Source of the DNA: Candidatus Latescibacterota bacterium
GTDB taxonomy: Bacteria; Latescibacterota; UBA2968
Reading direction: 5' to 3'
Length of the DNA stretch: 64,000 nucleotides
Assembly (NCBI GenBank): GCA_965207885.1
Contig: OZ242311.1
Location: 512,001-576,000, forward strand
Positions 1-8,850 of the stretch are shown here, piece after piece. Position numbers and translations under genes: made by a program. A model generated the notes under the pieces. That model did not search any database. It was not told the DNA's origin and saw only the letters and a list, made by a program, of their open reading frames with translations. How positions within the stretch are numbered: the stretch's first letter is position 1; every line of letters starts with the position of its first letter.

Positions 1-314
1 ATGCCTTCTGGCGTATGAAAATAGGTTGCCCATTTGCGCCGCACGGATTGCGATTCGCAGTGCGAGAGGCATACGTTCATGGCTATGCGGGTCAACCAGG
101 TTGAGAATGCCGCGTCACCGCGAAAGCGATTGAGTCCCTGGTATGCTTTTATAAATGCGATTTGAACCAGGTCGTCGATGTCGTCTTTGTTTTTTGTGTG
201 GCTGGCTACGATTGCATAAATTCGGGCTACGTTTGCTTTGTACAGTTTGCCAAATGCGATCCCGTCACCCATCCGCGCTTTGAGTACCATTGTCTGTTCT
301 TCGTTCGGTGCCAT
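1..314 (-). CDS. ECF-type RNA polymerase sigma-70 factor (runs off window start)
   Basis: Manual translation from ATG at 314: MAPNEEQTMVLKARMGDGIAFGKLYKANVARIY...DDLVQIAFIKAYQGLNRFRGDAAFSTWLTRIAMNVC, a typical ECF region 2; AGGAG RBS upstream. Confidence 0.9.
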   Translation of the reverse strand, partial: MAPNEEQTMVLKARMGDGIAFGKLYKANVARIYAIVASHTKNKDDIDDLVQIAFIKAYQGLNRFRGDAAFSTWLTRIAMNVCLSHCESQSVRRKWATYFHTPEG

Positions 315-408
315 TATACTCCTCTTGTGTCGTGAGGTCATGTTGTTTTTTTGATCATCTACTGTGTTCTGCACCGATGGGTGTCTGGGGTGGTCCCCGG
401 AGGGCAAC

Positions 409-443
409 AAAAAACCCGACATCGAATTTAGCTCGATGTCGGG
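409..443 (-). terminator. Intrinsic terminator-like hairpin in the ECF sigma leader
   Basis: CCCGACATCGA-7nt-TCGATGTCGGG 11-bp stem followed on the minus strand by a T6 run. Confidence 0.7.
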
Positions 444-737
444 CACGTAGGGTATAGGCACCAAAAACCCCACTCAGGGGTTGGCAAAATTTTAGCCTCC
501 AGGGCATAATCGCCGCCTCCTGGAGGGATAATGGCAGTGTGAATGGACCATTTAATTTTACCTAAATGTATGTGATTTCAGGTAGTTATCTCCTAATATC
601 AGAGGGCTTTTGTTTTTTGGATTGGAAAATATAGCCCGTTCTGTTTTTTTGTGCAAGAAAAAATCTGTACCATACAAAAAAATTATTTTTTGGAAAATGA
701 GGCGGGGCGGCGGTCAGCGGACGATCATAATGTCATC

Positions 738-763
738 GTAGGGGCCGTCCCTTGTGCCGTCCC
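738..763 (+). repeat. Degenerate GTAG-type REP-like element
   Basis: GTAGGGGCCGTCCCTTGTGCCGTCCC resembles the intact copy at 23266-23290. Confidence 0.45.
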
Positions 764-832
764 AACCTGTACATTAGACCGGACAGGTGGAAATTGTACG
801 TCACGGAGTACGGGAAAAAGAGTTTTATGTAA

Positions 833-1753
833 TCAAAACTGGACGACAAAATCAATATACGGAACGCCGGGAAAGATTGTGCCTTCTCCTATTGTATTGA
901 TCAGTCCCAGATCTACGCTTAATCGTTTGCCAAAGAATCGTATTCCATAAGAGATCAGGGGGTCTTCTACACCGGGAAAGATCCAGTTTTCTGTAACAAA
1001 TGCCGTCCGTCGCGTCAAGCGCTTCTCTCCCCCGATCATTACCATAGGGCGATCTGCGAGGTCTCCCTCCACAAAACCATAACCGAGTCCCGCAGTCAGG
1101 CTGGCATCGGGTTTCCCAAATGTTGTTACACCATACAATATGCCTGCAACTTCAGGGTCATCTTCTTGAATGTCCTCATCCTCATAATTGGGAATACGCA
1201 CGAGAAGTACGCCCATGGCAAAAGAGAAGGTCTTTTCCTGTACTAATCCGAATTTTGGTGCAAGAAAAAATAATTGATCATTTATATCCACGGTGGGAAA
1301 GATGGAAAGTCCACCTCCCAGAGTAAAGCGGTCTGTGATCCCATAAGCAAAGCCCGGAAAAAAGAGATAATAATCAGCAAAATAACCTTTGCCCTGTTTT
1401 AGCATACGCGCCGTAGGTGCAAAGAATAGGCGTGTTATATTGGGATTTGGGAACCAGAACTCACCCTTTCGTATTAACTCGGCAGACACTGTTTCAATGT
1501 GTTTGATTTTTGAAATGGGGATGTGGATAATGCCCAGGTCCGTCTTAAATGCGATCTCTTCAGCACCAATCTCTACAATGCGTCCGATATTTGTCGATCC
1601 ATCGGTTGTTTCAAGTACCTGAATTTGAGTTGAATCGGGAATCGCCAACCGGGACATAAGGGAGGATGGTGCGTTCTTCGCGTGTTCTTCTGCAAAGATA
1701 CTGTTTAGAGAGATTGCAGTATAGATTAAGAGTAACCATTGCGTTCGTATCAT
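833..1753 (-). CDS. Exported hypothetical protein with predicted C-terminal beta-barrel
   Basis: Likely start MIRTQWLLL (signal-peptide-like), alternating beta pattern, terminal Phe; the longer ORF-track start overlaps 1773..2120. Confidence 0.65.
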   Translation of the reverse strand: MIRTQWLLLIYTAISLNSIFAEEHAKNAPSSLMSRLAIPDSTQIQVLETTDGSTNIGRIVEIGAEEIAFKTDLGIIHIPISKIKHIETVSAELIRKGEFWFPNPNITRLFFAPTARMLKQGKGYFADYYLFFPGFAYGITDRFTLGGGLSIFPTVDINDQLFFLAPKFGLVQEKTFSFAMGVLLVRIPNYEDEDIQEDDPEVAGILYGVTTFGKPDASLTAGLGYGFVEGDLADRPMVMIGGEKRLTRRTAFVTENWIFPGVEDPLISYGIRFFGKRLSVDLGLINTIGEGTIFPGVPYIDFVVQF

Positions 1754-1772
1754 GCGAAACCCTTCGTTCCAA

Positions 1773-2120
1773 TCATAACTCAGAGACCGAAAGCACTGTG
1801 GTGTAATACGCAAGCATGGCGTTGTCGGCGTCCGATTCAGTAATTTCAAAGGGGATAGATTCAAATGGTTTGTGCTCTTGTGCATCAAGTTCTTCTGAGA
1901 GGTAAAATTCATGAAGGATATCGTTTCTGCCAAAAGAAAAATTTCTGTCACCCTTATCGGCTATGCGCACATCCGCTAAGAATACGACAATGGAAAATAT
2001 GACTTTAACCTTTTCAGCATGGTGATTCTGTAGTGATCCTCTGGCAGTAACATTATTGTCTATCTTGCTTATCGATATACTACTTTCATCAATCTCTACT
2101 GCTGATGTATTCAGTATCAT
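1773..2120 (-). CDS. Hypothetical protein (115 aa)
   Basis: ATG preceded by GAGGA; fits between the HTH relic and the 833..1753 gene. Confidence 0.45.
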   Translation of the reverse strand: MILNTSAVEIDESSISISKIDNNVTARGSLQNHHAEKVKVIFSIVVFLADVRIADKGDRNFSFGRNDILHEFYLSEELDAQEHKPFESIPFEITESDADNAMLAYYTTVLSVSEL

Positions 2121-2123
2121 AGT

Positions 2124-2275
2124 TTAATCCTCGTCAGCTTGGGTTAAACCTGCATTTTTTCTGGCTCTGAGCATTTCATCAAAAAGCGCAAATTCATCCG
2201 CAAGCGCGTCGTATTCAGCGACAAATTCTGGATCTTTCTTCCATTCATCAATCATTTCACGATGTGTTTTTATTT
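2124..2275 (-). pseudogene. Truncated XRE/HTH antitoxin relic
   Basis: KTHREMIDEWKKDPEFVAEYDALADEFALFDEMLRARKNAGLTQADED* is homologous to the N-half of 12141..12425 and stops inside the HTH; AAGGAGG RBS survives. Confidence 0.75.
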
Positions 2276-2503
2276 TTAACCTCCTTTATAATAATGAATT
2301 GGCGCAAAACTTCTTTGTTTCTGGTTTTGCGCCAAATTCTACAGTCTCAACATAGGAGACACTCTTTCCCTCTCAAGAATAGATACTTAAAAATCTAAGA
2401 GTAGATACCTGAGTCTCTACTCTTGAGCCCTGCTTCCGATGCAACAGGGGGAATTATGTGCACTATATCAAATACAGACACAAGAATCAAGCATTTTTCT
2501 GAT

Positions 2504-2582
2504 TCTGCAGACACTGTCTATTGATGGATGTACCTGTTCGAACATTGCAAGATTGGGAACAGGGCTTTGGCGTAATTAGAGC
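2504..2582 (+). pseudogene. Internal fragment of HigA-like HTH gene
   Basis: LMDVPVRTLQDWEQG matches LMGVSVRTLQDWEQG in 6387..6659. Confidence 0.75.
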
Positions 2583-2610
2583 GCGTCAGCTTTCTTATCG
2601 ACATGTAGTT

Positions 2611-2805
2611 TCATAATTCTTTATTCCTGTGACTGTGGTTGTGAGAATGGGTTTTGCGGACAGAGATGGTGCTGACCACGCGACTTCGGTCTTGTATTTC
2701 AGCGGCTTTTAAGCGGTCCATTAACTGGTTGAGATCGCCGCCGCACTCTTTTAGAAGTTTCTGTCTCGTCTGGTGAATTTCTTCGACAATAGGATCGCGT
2801 TTCAT
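2611..2805 (-). CDS. Small hypothetical protein (PIN-associated type)
   Basis: GGAGG RBS; DPIVEEIHQTRQKL..CGGDL pattern typical of small genes downstream of PIN-domain toxins. Confidence 0.6.
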   Translation of the reverse strand: MKRDPIVEEIHQTRQKLLKECGGDLNQLMDRLKAAEIQDRSRVVSTISVRKTHSHNHSHRNKEL

Positions 2806-2858
2806 GGTTCTCCTCCGGGCTGTTCAAGAAGTCCTTCAGGTGTAACGATAGTCGGGGA
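2802..2858 (-). pseudogene. C-terminal relic of a PIN-domain (VapC-like) gene
   Basis: Reads IPTIVTPEGLLEQPGGEP* with its stop overlapping the next ATG (ATGA); PxIxTPExL is a common PIN C-terminus. Confidence 0.5.
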
Positions 2859-3347
2859 TCACGTTGTTTCGCCAGCACGTTTCAGCACCATCTGGCGCGT
2901 CCTGTCATTCAGCCGAAATCGCAATGATTGAAGACAATCCAAAACGGGCTGAACCGCGTCGAGAATGCCGCGCTCTTTGGCCCGCAATAAGAGGCCGAGA
3001 GTGCCGGTTATTTCCAACTCCAATGTCCTGGCATATCGCCGTGCGTCTCGGTCATCAAGGAGAAGCAATGCGTCGTGTGTTTCCAGTCCCAAGGCAAGCA
3101 CTTCCTTTTCGCCATCTCCAAGATGTGTCACCAGAGGTAACAGCGTCCGATCACGCACGGGTCGCACGATCAGCCACGAAAGGTCTTCCATTACAGGTAG
3201 AAGTATATTCCGACGGTGGCCTTCTTCCAACTCTGCCACTACCGCTTCCGGTATGTACACTTGTCCGGCAAGTGCGGGTAGCAGTTCCAACATGTTGGCT
3301 TGATATAGATACTGAATCGGAGAAGTATTACAGATGACGACGGGCAC
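2859..3347 (-). CDS. DUF3368 family PIN-domain toxin
   Basis: VICNTSP, IPEAVVAEL, LGDGEKEVLAL, LLLDDRDAR, GTLGLLLRAK motifs. Confidence 0.9.
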   Translation of the reverse strand: MPVVICNTSPIQYLYQANMLELLPALAGQVYIPEAVVAELEEGHRRNILLPVMEDLSWLIVRPVRDRTLLPLVTHLGDGEKEVLALGLETHDALLLLDDRDARRYARTLELEITGTLGLLLRAKERGILDAVQPVLDCLQSLRFRLNDRTRQMVLKRAGETT

Positions 3348-3444
3348 TGTCTATGTCCTGTTGGAGGTCGTCCTCAGTCAGGGAGAAGTATTACAGATGA
3401 CGACGGGCACTGTCTATGTCCTGTTGGAGGTCGTCCTCAGTCAG
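3319..3444. repeat. Perfect 63-bp tandem duplication
   Basis: 3319-3381 is identical to 3382-3444. Confidence 0.95.
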
Positions 3445-3657
3445 TTGGAAGGTATCAACGCCGTATTCGGCGAGTTTTGTCAGAAATAAGGGCTTGGGAA
3501 TGCCAGCCAGCTTGGCTGCGCCCCCCGAGGACAAACGGCCCAACTCGTAGAGCTTGACGGCGATGAGGAGCTTGGCCTCTTCGCTGAACTGCTTGGGTGT
3601 ATATCCGAGGGCCAGCAGGACTTCGTCACCGTAGTCAATGGTCAATGTTCTCTTCAT
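3391..3657 (-). CDS. UPF0175 family antitoxin
   Basis: AVKLYELGRLSSGGAAKLAGI...FL..L..YGV; directly upstream of DUF3368; likely start MKRTLT. Confidence 0.88.
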   Translation of the reverse strand: MKRTLTIDYGDEVLLALGYTPKQFSEEAKLLIAVKLYELGRLSSGGAAKLAGIPKPLFLTKLAEYGVDTFQLTEDDLQQDIDSARRHL

Positions 3658-3999
3658 TGTGTCGTGTCTCCATAAACGCGCTGTCGAACTGGGCGAATTG
3701 CCCATCCGCTTTTTGCGTATAATGATAAATGCCTATTTGCAATTTACTTGAAAAAACAGGGACTTGCAATGACGTTTTTGCGTATAACGATAATTATATG
3801 CAAAATTCAATCCCTTCAAAATGTCTCAATGCGGAAAGCCAAAAGCGTGATCCTACCCCGAGCCTATTCACAAATTCCTCGTCCGAAAACGCATTTGCAC
3901 ACTTTCGCGTAGTGCCTGTATATTGATGGTATAACTGAACTGGTGCGTGAATAACGTAGTTAGCGGACAGCCACACAATACTGGCAAAGGATTCTCCTG

Positions 4000-4818
4000 A
4001 TGCTCGATACCGTCAATCTCCCTGAGCACAGACGCGTTTTTGACAGTCTATTGCGACACTTTAGGAACATAGACGAAGTCATCGGCATCTTCGTCAGCGG
4101 AAGTCAAGCTACCGGGGAAATGGACGAGCAATCCGACCTTGATTTAGGGGTTGTTCTTGATTCCCAGAAAATCCGAGATGCTGTCTGGTCTAAAAGGTGG
4201 AATTGGGCAACCGAACCGTGGTTCCACCGATTTGATGCAGATCACATCAAGGAGTATTTCGTTATCTATCTTTTCGAGCCGTGCGTCAAGGCAGACATCA
4301 ATCTTTACATAGAGGAGGACTTGCCAGGTTGGAAGGGAGGGCCCTTTCATCTTATCTGGTCGAAGTCAGACAGGCTTGAAGAATGGTGTCAAGTTTCGAA
4401 TGATAAGGTACGCCGCGAGAACAAGCCGACTCCCAGTGAAGAACTGTTGATCCATGAAGACGAACGTCTCTGGGCCTGGCTTGTGTATGTTGTTTTGCAC
4501 ACGAAGCGTGGTGAGTACTATTCCGCAGCCTGGTCGTTTGCCCATCTACGCAACATCGTGGAGAAATGGCATGCATATCTACAGGGAGAACACAAATTCA
4601 CGCCCAGGCAGTTCGAGCAGCGGATGCCATCGCACCTGGCTGGCCGATTTGCGACTCTATTCCCTCAGCCAACACGAAATTCACTCAAGAAGGCTTACTA
4701 TAACCTGGCGGAACTACATGAGGAGCAGCGCAGAGAAATCGGTTCACGACTTGGATTGACCTGGAAGGTAAGCGAGTATGGTATATGTAGGGTCAAGGAT
4801 ATGATTGGCGAAATATAG
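4000..4818 (+). CDS. Pol-beta-like nucleotidyltransferase (lincosamide/aminoglycoside nucleotidyltransferase-like)
   Basis: GS...DEQSDLD catalytic motif and helical C-terminal domain. Confidence 0.75.
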   Translation: MLDTVNLPEHRRVFDSLLRHFRNIDEVIGIFVSGSQATGEMDEQSDLDLGVVLDSQKIRDAVWSKRWNWATEPWFHRFDADHIKEYFVIYLFEPCVKADINLYIEEDLPGWKGGPFHLIWSKSDRLEEWCQVSNDKVRRENKPTPSEELLIHEDERLWAWLVYVVLHTKRGEYYSAAWSFAHLRNIVEKWHAYLQGEHKFTPRQFEQRMPSHLAGRFATLFPQPTRNSLKKAYYNLAELHEEQRREIGSRLGLTWKVSEYGICRVKDMIGEI

Positions 4819-4860
4819 TGTGGCCGTCCGCTTGCTTTTTTGAAAAGTTTGGGGTTACTG

Positions 4861-5280
4861 ATGCCAGATTGCGACTACAGTCTTACGTGGTACCATGGCT
4901 CTCAGCAAAAGCTGACGAAACTTCGTATCGGGAGTTCGATCACACAATACAGAAATGTGGCGAAGGCGTTCTCTCACCGCCCTTCTCTTATCTCTTTGTC
5001 TGACGAAGATGAGTCTCTATCTGACAAGCTCAGGCTGAAGCATAACGGCGCCACGCCAGGTTATCTCTATGTTGTTTTAGATGAGATTGATCCTGATGAT
5101 GTGTATCCGCATCCCCATCCGGCAAATGTCGGTCGCTGGGAGTGGCTGACTAACCGGGAATTGAAACTGGAACTCATCGAACAGACTATCGTAACAGACA
5201 GTGAACGGCTGACAGACGAAGATATCGCAGAGATAAGGCGGAAACAGAAGGAAAGGGGCGAGGAGTCATTCGCGGAGTGA
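4861..5280 (+). CDS. Hypothetical protein, possible ADP-ribosyltransferase-like fold
   Basis: WYHGS near N-terminus, GYLYVV, WEW; start uncertain (4840 TTG or 4861 ATG). Confidence 0.55.
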   Translation: MPDCDYSLTWYHGSQQKLTKLRIGSSITQYRNVAKAFSHRPSLISLSDEDESLSDKLRLKHNGATPGYLYVVLDEIDPDDVYPHPHPANVGRWEWLTNRELKLELIEQTIVTDSERLTDEDIAEIRRKQKERGEESFAE

Positions 5281-5347
5281 TCTGTTTAAAAAAGCGCGCA
5301 GCAAAAAGTAGGTGCAATGTCCTGCATATTCAGCATGAGTTAGAAAT

Positions 5348-5381
5348 AAAAAAGCCGCTTCCCAGTTTAAGAAGCGGCTTT
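5348..5381. terminator. Terminator between convergent genes
   Basis: AAAGCCGCTTC / GAAGCGGCTTT stem with A/T runs on its flanks. Confidence 0.75.
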
Positions 5382-5402
5382 AATTTATCTATCACATTTA
5401 GT

Positions 5403-6245
5403 TCAGGGCGCAGGTCGTCTCACTGTCTCTTCAAAGTAAGTTGTCTCTGGATTGTCAATCCAATCGCAAGCCCAACCCAGTTCTTTCAGTCCGCTTTGAA
5501 CAATCGGCAATGTCGCCCGCAATTCTTTCACGGGTATCCAGTCACGCCAGTTGCGGTCGGCCGGTGGGGCGAGAAATTCTCTCAGGCCGCCTACTGCCCG
5601 TTGAATCGATGGATATACCATCGCGCCCAGTTGTGTCTGTTTGGCCGCTTCAACCAGCCATTTGTCGTAGGGAAACGGCTGTCTGTCAGCAACGCAGCAC
5701 ATTTTGCAGAGGTGTTCGATGACGTTTCCAACCGCAACAAACGCTGTTTCCACCTTATTTCGAGCTGCCATAGCCAGTGGACCGCGCTGCGAGTAATGAT
5801 ACTTGCCGAATATCCACTTCAACTTGCTCTCCGCGACCGCTGGCGGATACAGGGAATAGCGATGTTTCAGCTCTTCAGCGATATTTGAACTACCGTAGAG
5901 GGTTCGCGAGGTGGCAATAACCCACATCATCTCATCCGGGTATGTTTCCAACCACGCCCGCAGGTCATCTTCATCGTAAAACGACCAGTGGGCTTCGTAG
6001 TCGCCTCTATCGACGAAGAGTTGCCCGCTTCGTTCATAAGTCCTCCGATCTTCACCGGAAAGGTGCCGCTTATCGCCAATGATACAAAGGTCGAGGTCTG
6101 ACCATTCATCGGCAAAGTTAGCGGCGCGACTCCCAATCAACATGAGGACAGGGCGTTCACCCATTCGTTGGCAAGAATCTATGGCTCGATTGATGAACTG
6201 TTGATCTTCTGGACTGAAACGAATCTTTTCTCTCATTGCAGACAT
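5403..6245 (-). CDS. Nucleotidyltransferase / DUF4037-like protein
   Basis: GSRA...ADEWSDLDL and PFPYDKWL motifs; start uncertain (6236-6266). Confidence 0.75.
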   Translation of the reverse strand: MSAMREKIRFSPEDQQFINRAIDSCQRMGERPVLMLIGSRAANFADEWSDLDLCIIGDKRHLSGEDRRTYERSGQLFVDRGDYEAHWSFYDEDDLRAWLETYPDEMMWVIATSRTLYGSSNIAEELKHRYSLYPPAVAESKLKWIFGKYHYSQRGPLAMAARNKVETAFVAVGNVIEHLCKMCCVADRQPFPYDKWLVEAAKQTQLGAMVYPSIQRAVGGLREFLAPPADRNWRDWIPVKELRATLPIVQSGLKELGWACDWIDNPETTYFEETVRRPAP

Positions 6246-6342
6246 CTCCCGGACGGTTGTTGTCAAGGTTATTCATATTAGACTGCACGGATGAAAATTG
6301 TACGTCGCGGTGTCTTGTATATTGAAGTTTCTTTCTTGATAT

Positions 6343-6361
6343 TATACGGCATTGCCGTATA
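6343..6361. promoter_or_regulatory. Palindromic operator upstream of HigA-like gene
   Basis: Perfect TATACGGCA-T-TGCCGTATA. Confidence 0.65.
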
Positions 6362-6386
6362 TTTTATTTCCGTAGAGAGATTGAAA

Positions 6387-6659
6387 ATGAATGAAAAGAA
6401 TAGAAATATCGGTCAAGAGATTCTATCTGGCCTACAGGAAATCAAGCGCGGCGAACACGGTCGTATTATCACAGTGCCTGACATTGCCCAAACGAGAGCG
6501 AAAGTGGGTCTTTCTCAGACTCAGTTTGCCCAATTGATGGGTGTATCTGTTCGCACACTGCAAGATTGGGAGCAGGGCCGCCGCCGTCCATCGGGAGCAG
6601 CCCGGACACTATTGATAATCGCAGACAAAAACCCTCAAGCGATATTGGATGTGATGTAA
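6387..6659 (+). CDS. XRE-family HTH antitoxin (HigA/NadS-like), no adjacent toxin
   Basis: GLSQTQFAQLMGVSVRTLQDWEQGRRRPSGAARTLL; likely start MNEKNRNIG. Confidence 0.88.
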   Translation: MNEKNRNIGQEILSGLQEIKRGEHGRIITVPDIAQTRAKVGLSQTQFAQLMGVSVRTLQDWEQGRRRPSGAARTLLIIADKNPQAILDVM

Positions 6660-6697
6660 AACCTGTAACCTGAAATCTGGAATAGAATTGAAAAATA

Positions 6698-6725
6698 AAC
6701 GCCCTGCTCAAGCAAGCAGGGCGTT
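6698..6725. terminator. Hairpin between convergent genes
   Basis: AACGCCCTGCT-6nt-AGCAGGGCGTT. Confidence 0.7.
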
Positions 6726-6753
6726 GACGTAATTAGAGCAGAATTGATCGCGT

Positions 6754-7251
6754 CTATTCCCCAAGGTCGTCAATGACGTCAGAAATATAATCTCGCAGCC
6801 ACGATTCTGGATCAGAATGCGATTTCAGAACTGGCAGAATGTCACTATCGCCCCACAATTCCGCTGCTTGAACTGCGGCATCTCTAATCTCCACATCATC
6901 CAAAGCTAACGCATCACGCACGAGTTCGGAACGCCATGAACTGATTCCTGGATATTCCTGGCGACCAAGACAACGCAGAACGGACGCCGCGAAGACCGGT
7001 TGTGCAGTATCTAAGGAGAAATCTCTCAGCCACTCGAGAATTCGCGCGTCTTCCCCGGATTGTAATGTCTGTTCTATAATGTCCTCAGCCTTATGGTGCA
7101 TACCGTCTTCAAGGGGCTGGGTTTCAAAGGCTACGTGCAATTTGTTTGCAAGTCGCGCTTGTTCGCGCTCCTCACCCCGATCCGGTTTGAAATGAAGCTC
7201 ACAGGGTGCTTCTTTAATAGATGGGTTACTGTAGAGACGACGTTGCACCAT
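6754..7251 (-). CDS. Hypothetical protein with HEAT-like C-terminus, probably chimeric
   Basis: DVEIRDAAVQAAELWG HEAT-like helix pair; N-terminus RRLYSNPSIKEAPCELHF resembles the start of TIGR04255 proteins. Confidence 0.55.
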   Translation of the reverse strand: MVQRRLYSNPSIKEAPCELHFKPDRGEEREQARLANKLHVAFETQPLEDGMHHKAEDIIEQTLQSGEDARILEWLRDFSLDTAQPVFAASVLRCLGRQEYPGISSWRSELVRDALALDDVEIRDAAVQAAELWGDSDILPVLKSHSDPESWLRDYISDVIDDLGE

Positions 7252-8318
7252 TAGATTCTCTCCCTAAGTTATACACCGCTCGTCCTTCTTTTTTTAGACC
7301 GACAAATTTAATGTTGAAAGAATAGACCGGACTCTACCCGTCAGAGACTTGTAGTTGGCAACTGAACAACAACAGGAGAATGAAGGATAAAAGGTATTTC
7401 TTCATAACTAAACAGGTCTTGAATGCAGTATCCAATTTCTTACGCGCCGTATAATCCGGACCGAAAGTTACAAATCCGTCTCCTTACAAAGCTCGAACGC
7501 CATGTTGATGAATGGACTGACTGATTTCCCAAGCACTGCAACACCCTCCTCGTGAGGACACGGTATCTTGAAACGCGATCGTGCGGCTCCGTTAAGGCCG
7601 AAGGCGTAGCCGTCGATGTGAACAATGTAGAACAGATTATCTTGGCATTCAACAATGACGCGATCTGTTCGGAATGGCCACGCCTCTCCAAACTCAGCTT
7701 TCGTGATTATTCGCGTCGGCCACTCGCCATTGACAATCTCTTGTTCAGATCGTTTGATCCAGTTTTCTTTTTTTTGATTAAGATTTTGTACGGAACGACA
7801 ATATTGGGTGGTTCCAAGTTCCTCATCGCGGAGATTTCGAAATTCCGTGTATATCCCTGAGGCTTGACGGAGTCTCCCGTTTTGGTCAACATGATCACCG
7901 ATGGTGAATTGCAGTGCAATTGCTCTGGTGAGTCGCTCCATCTTGGCAATTAATTGAGAATGAATGTGAGGATAATAGTCTCGATCAAGTGACTCAGTAT
8001 CATCCAAGAATAGTGAGATGTCTCCAATGCTTAACTCAAGGCCTTCCCACTCTGCTTCTGGATCAATCGGACTGTGAGGACTACCAGCAACGATATCGAG
8101 GTTATAGTAGCGCCCTTTCTGACCAAACAAAGAGAGGATTCGGATGCACTCCTGTAGAGTCTGATCAGCCGTGATAAAATCGAATTCTTTTTGAACAGAA
8201 GGCCGCGTCTTTCCGCCGTAGAATTCAGTGCAGATTTTCTCGAGCAGATGTTCCAGATTATGTCCAAGCCGTTTCATGTATTTCATGTCTGGATACGAGC
8301 CTTTTTCGCCTTCATATA

Positions 8319-8850
8319 CTAGGTAGTGTCTGAAAAGTAAGCTTTGAAGAGTTGTCTGATACAGGCCAGCTTGACCATAGTGAGAAAATGAGTCGCCTTT
8401 TTTTCAAATCGGGTCACAATCCGTCGGCAGTGTTTAAGCCAACCAAAGAGACGCTCCACGATATTGCGTTTGGCATATAATCTTTTATCACACTTAGGCC
8501 GTGGTCCTCTCTTACGCCGTTTTCTGCCTTTGGGAATCGCCTTGTTTGGGATAGCAGCCTTGATACCCCGTTTGCGTAGATAGACTCTGATGCGTGAGAC
8601 ATCATAAGATTTATCAGCTACCAGATACTTGGGTCGGTTTCTTGGACGCCCTCGTTTGGTGGGTATGCATACCTTTGACAGTAGCCTTTCAGCCTGTGTG
8701 GATTCTGACTGGTTACCAGGGAGAAGATCCACTGCTAAAGGATGCCCGACTGCATCGCAAAGAAGATGGATTTTCGTGGTCAAACCGCCACGAGAGCGTC
8801 CTAAAGCGTGATCTGGGGGCTCTTCTTCACCCTTTTTGCCCTTTTTTTTT
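8319..8850 (-). CDS. IS5 transposase C-terminal DDE part (reached by -1 frameshift)
   Basis: GRSRGGLTTKIH, ADKSYD, YAKRNIVERLFGWLK. Confidence 0.93.

Noticed and set aside
391-406. tRNA-like 3' end (CCCTCCGGGGACCA) on the minus strand
   Set aside because: No T-loop (GTTCGA) or cloverleaf upstream
1754-1951. N-terminal extension of the 833 ORF (likewise the long starts at 14576, 33837, 35585, 16546)
   Set aside because: These overlap neighbouring genes or promoters; downstream starts fit RBS and domain boundaries better
3319-3444. Possible CRISPR array (also the LRR nucleotide repeats at 30900-32200)
   Set aside because: No unique spacers; one is a tandem duplication and the others are coding repeats; no cas genes
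7380-7454. 24-aa plus-strand ORF after AGGAG
   Set aside because: RBS-to-ATG spacing is too short and there is no other support
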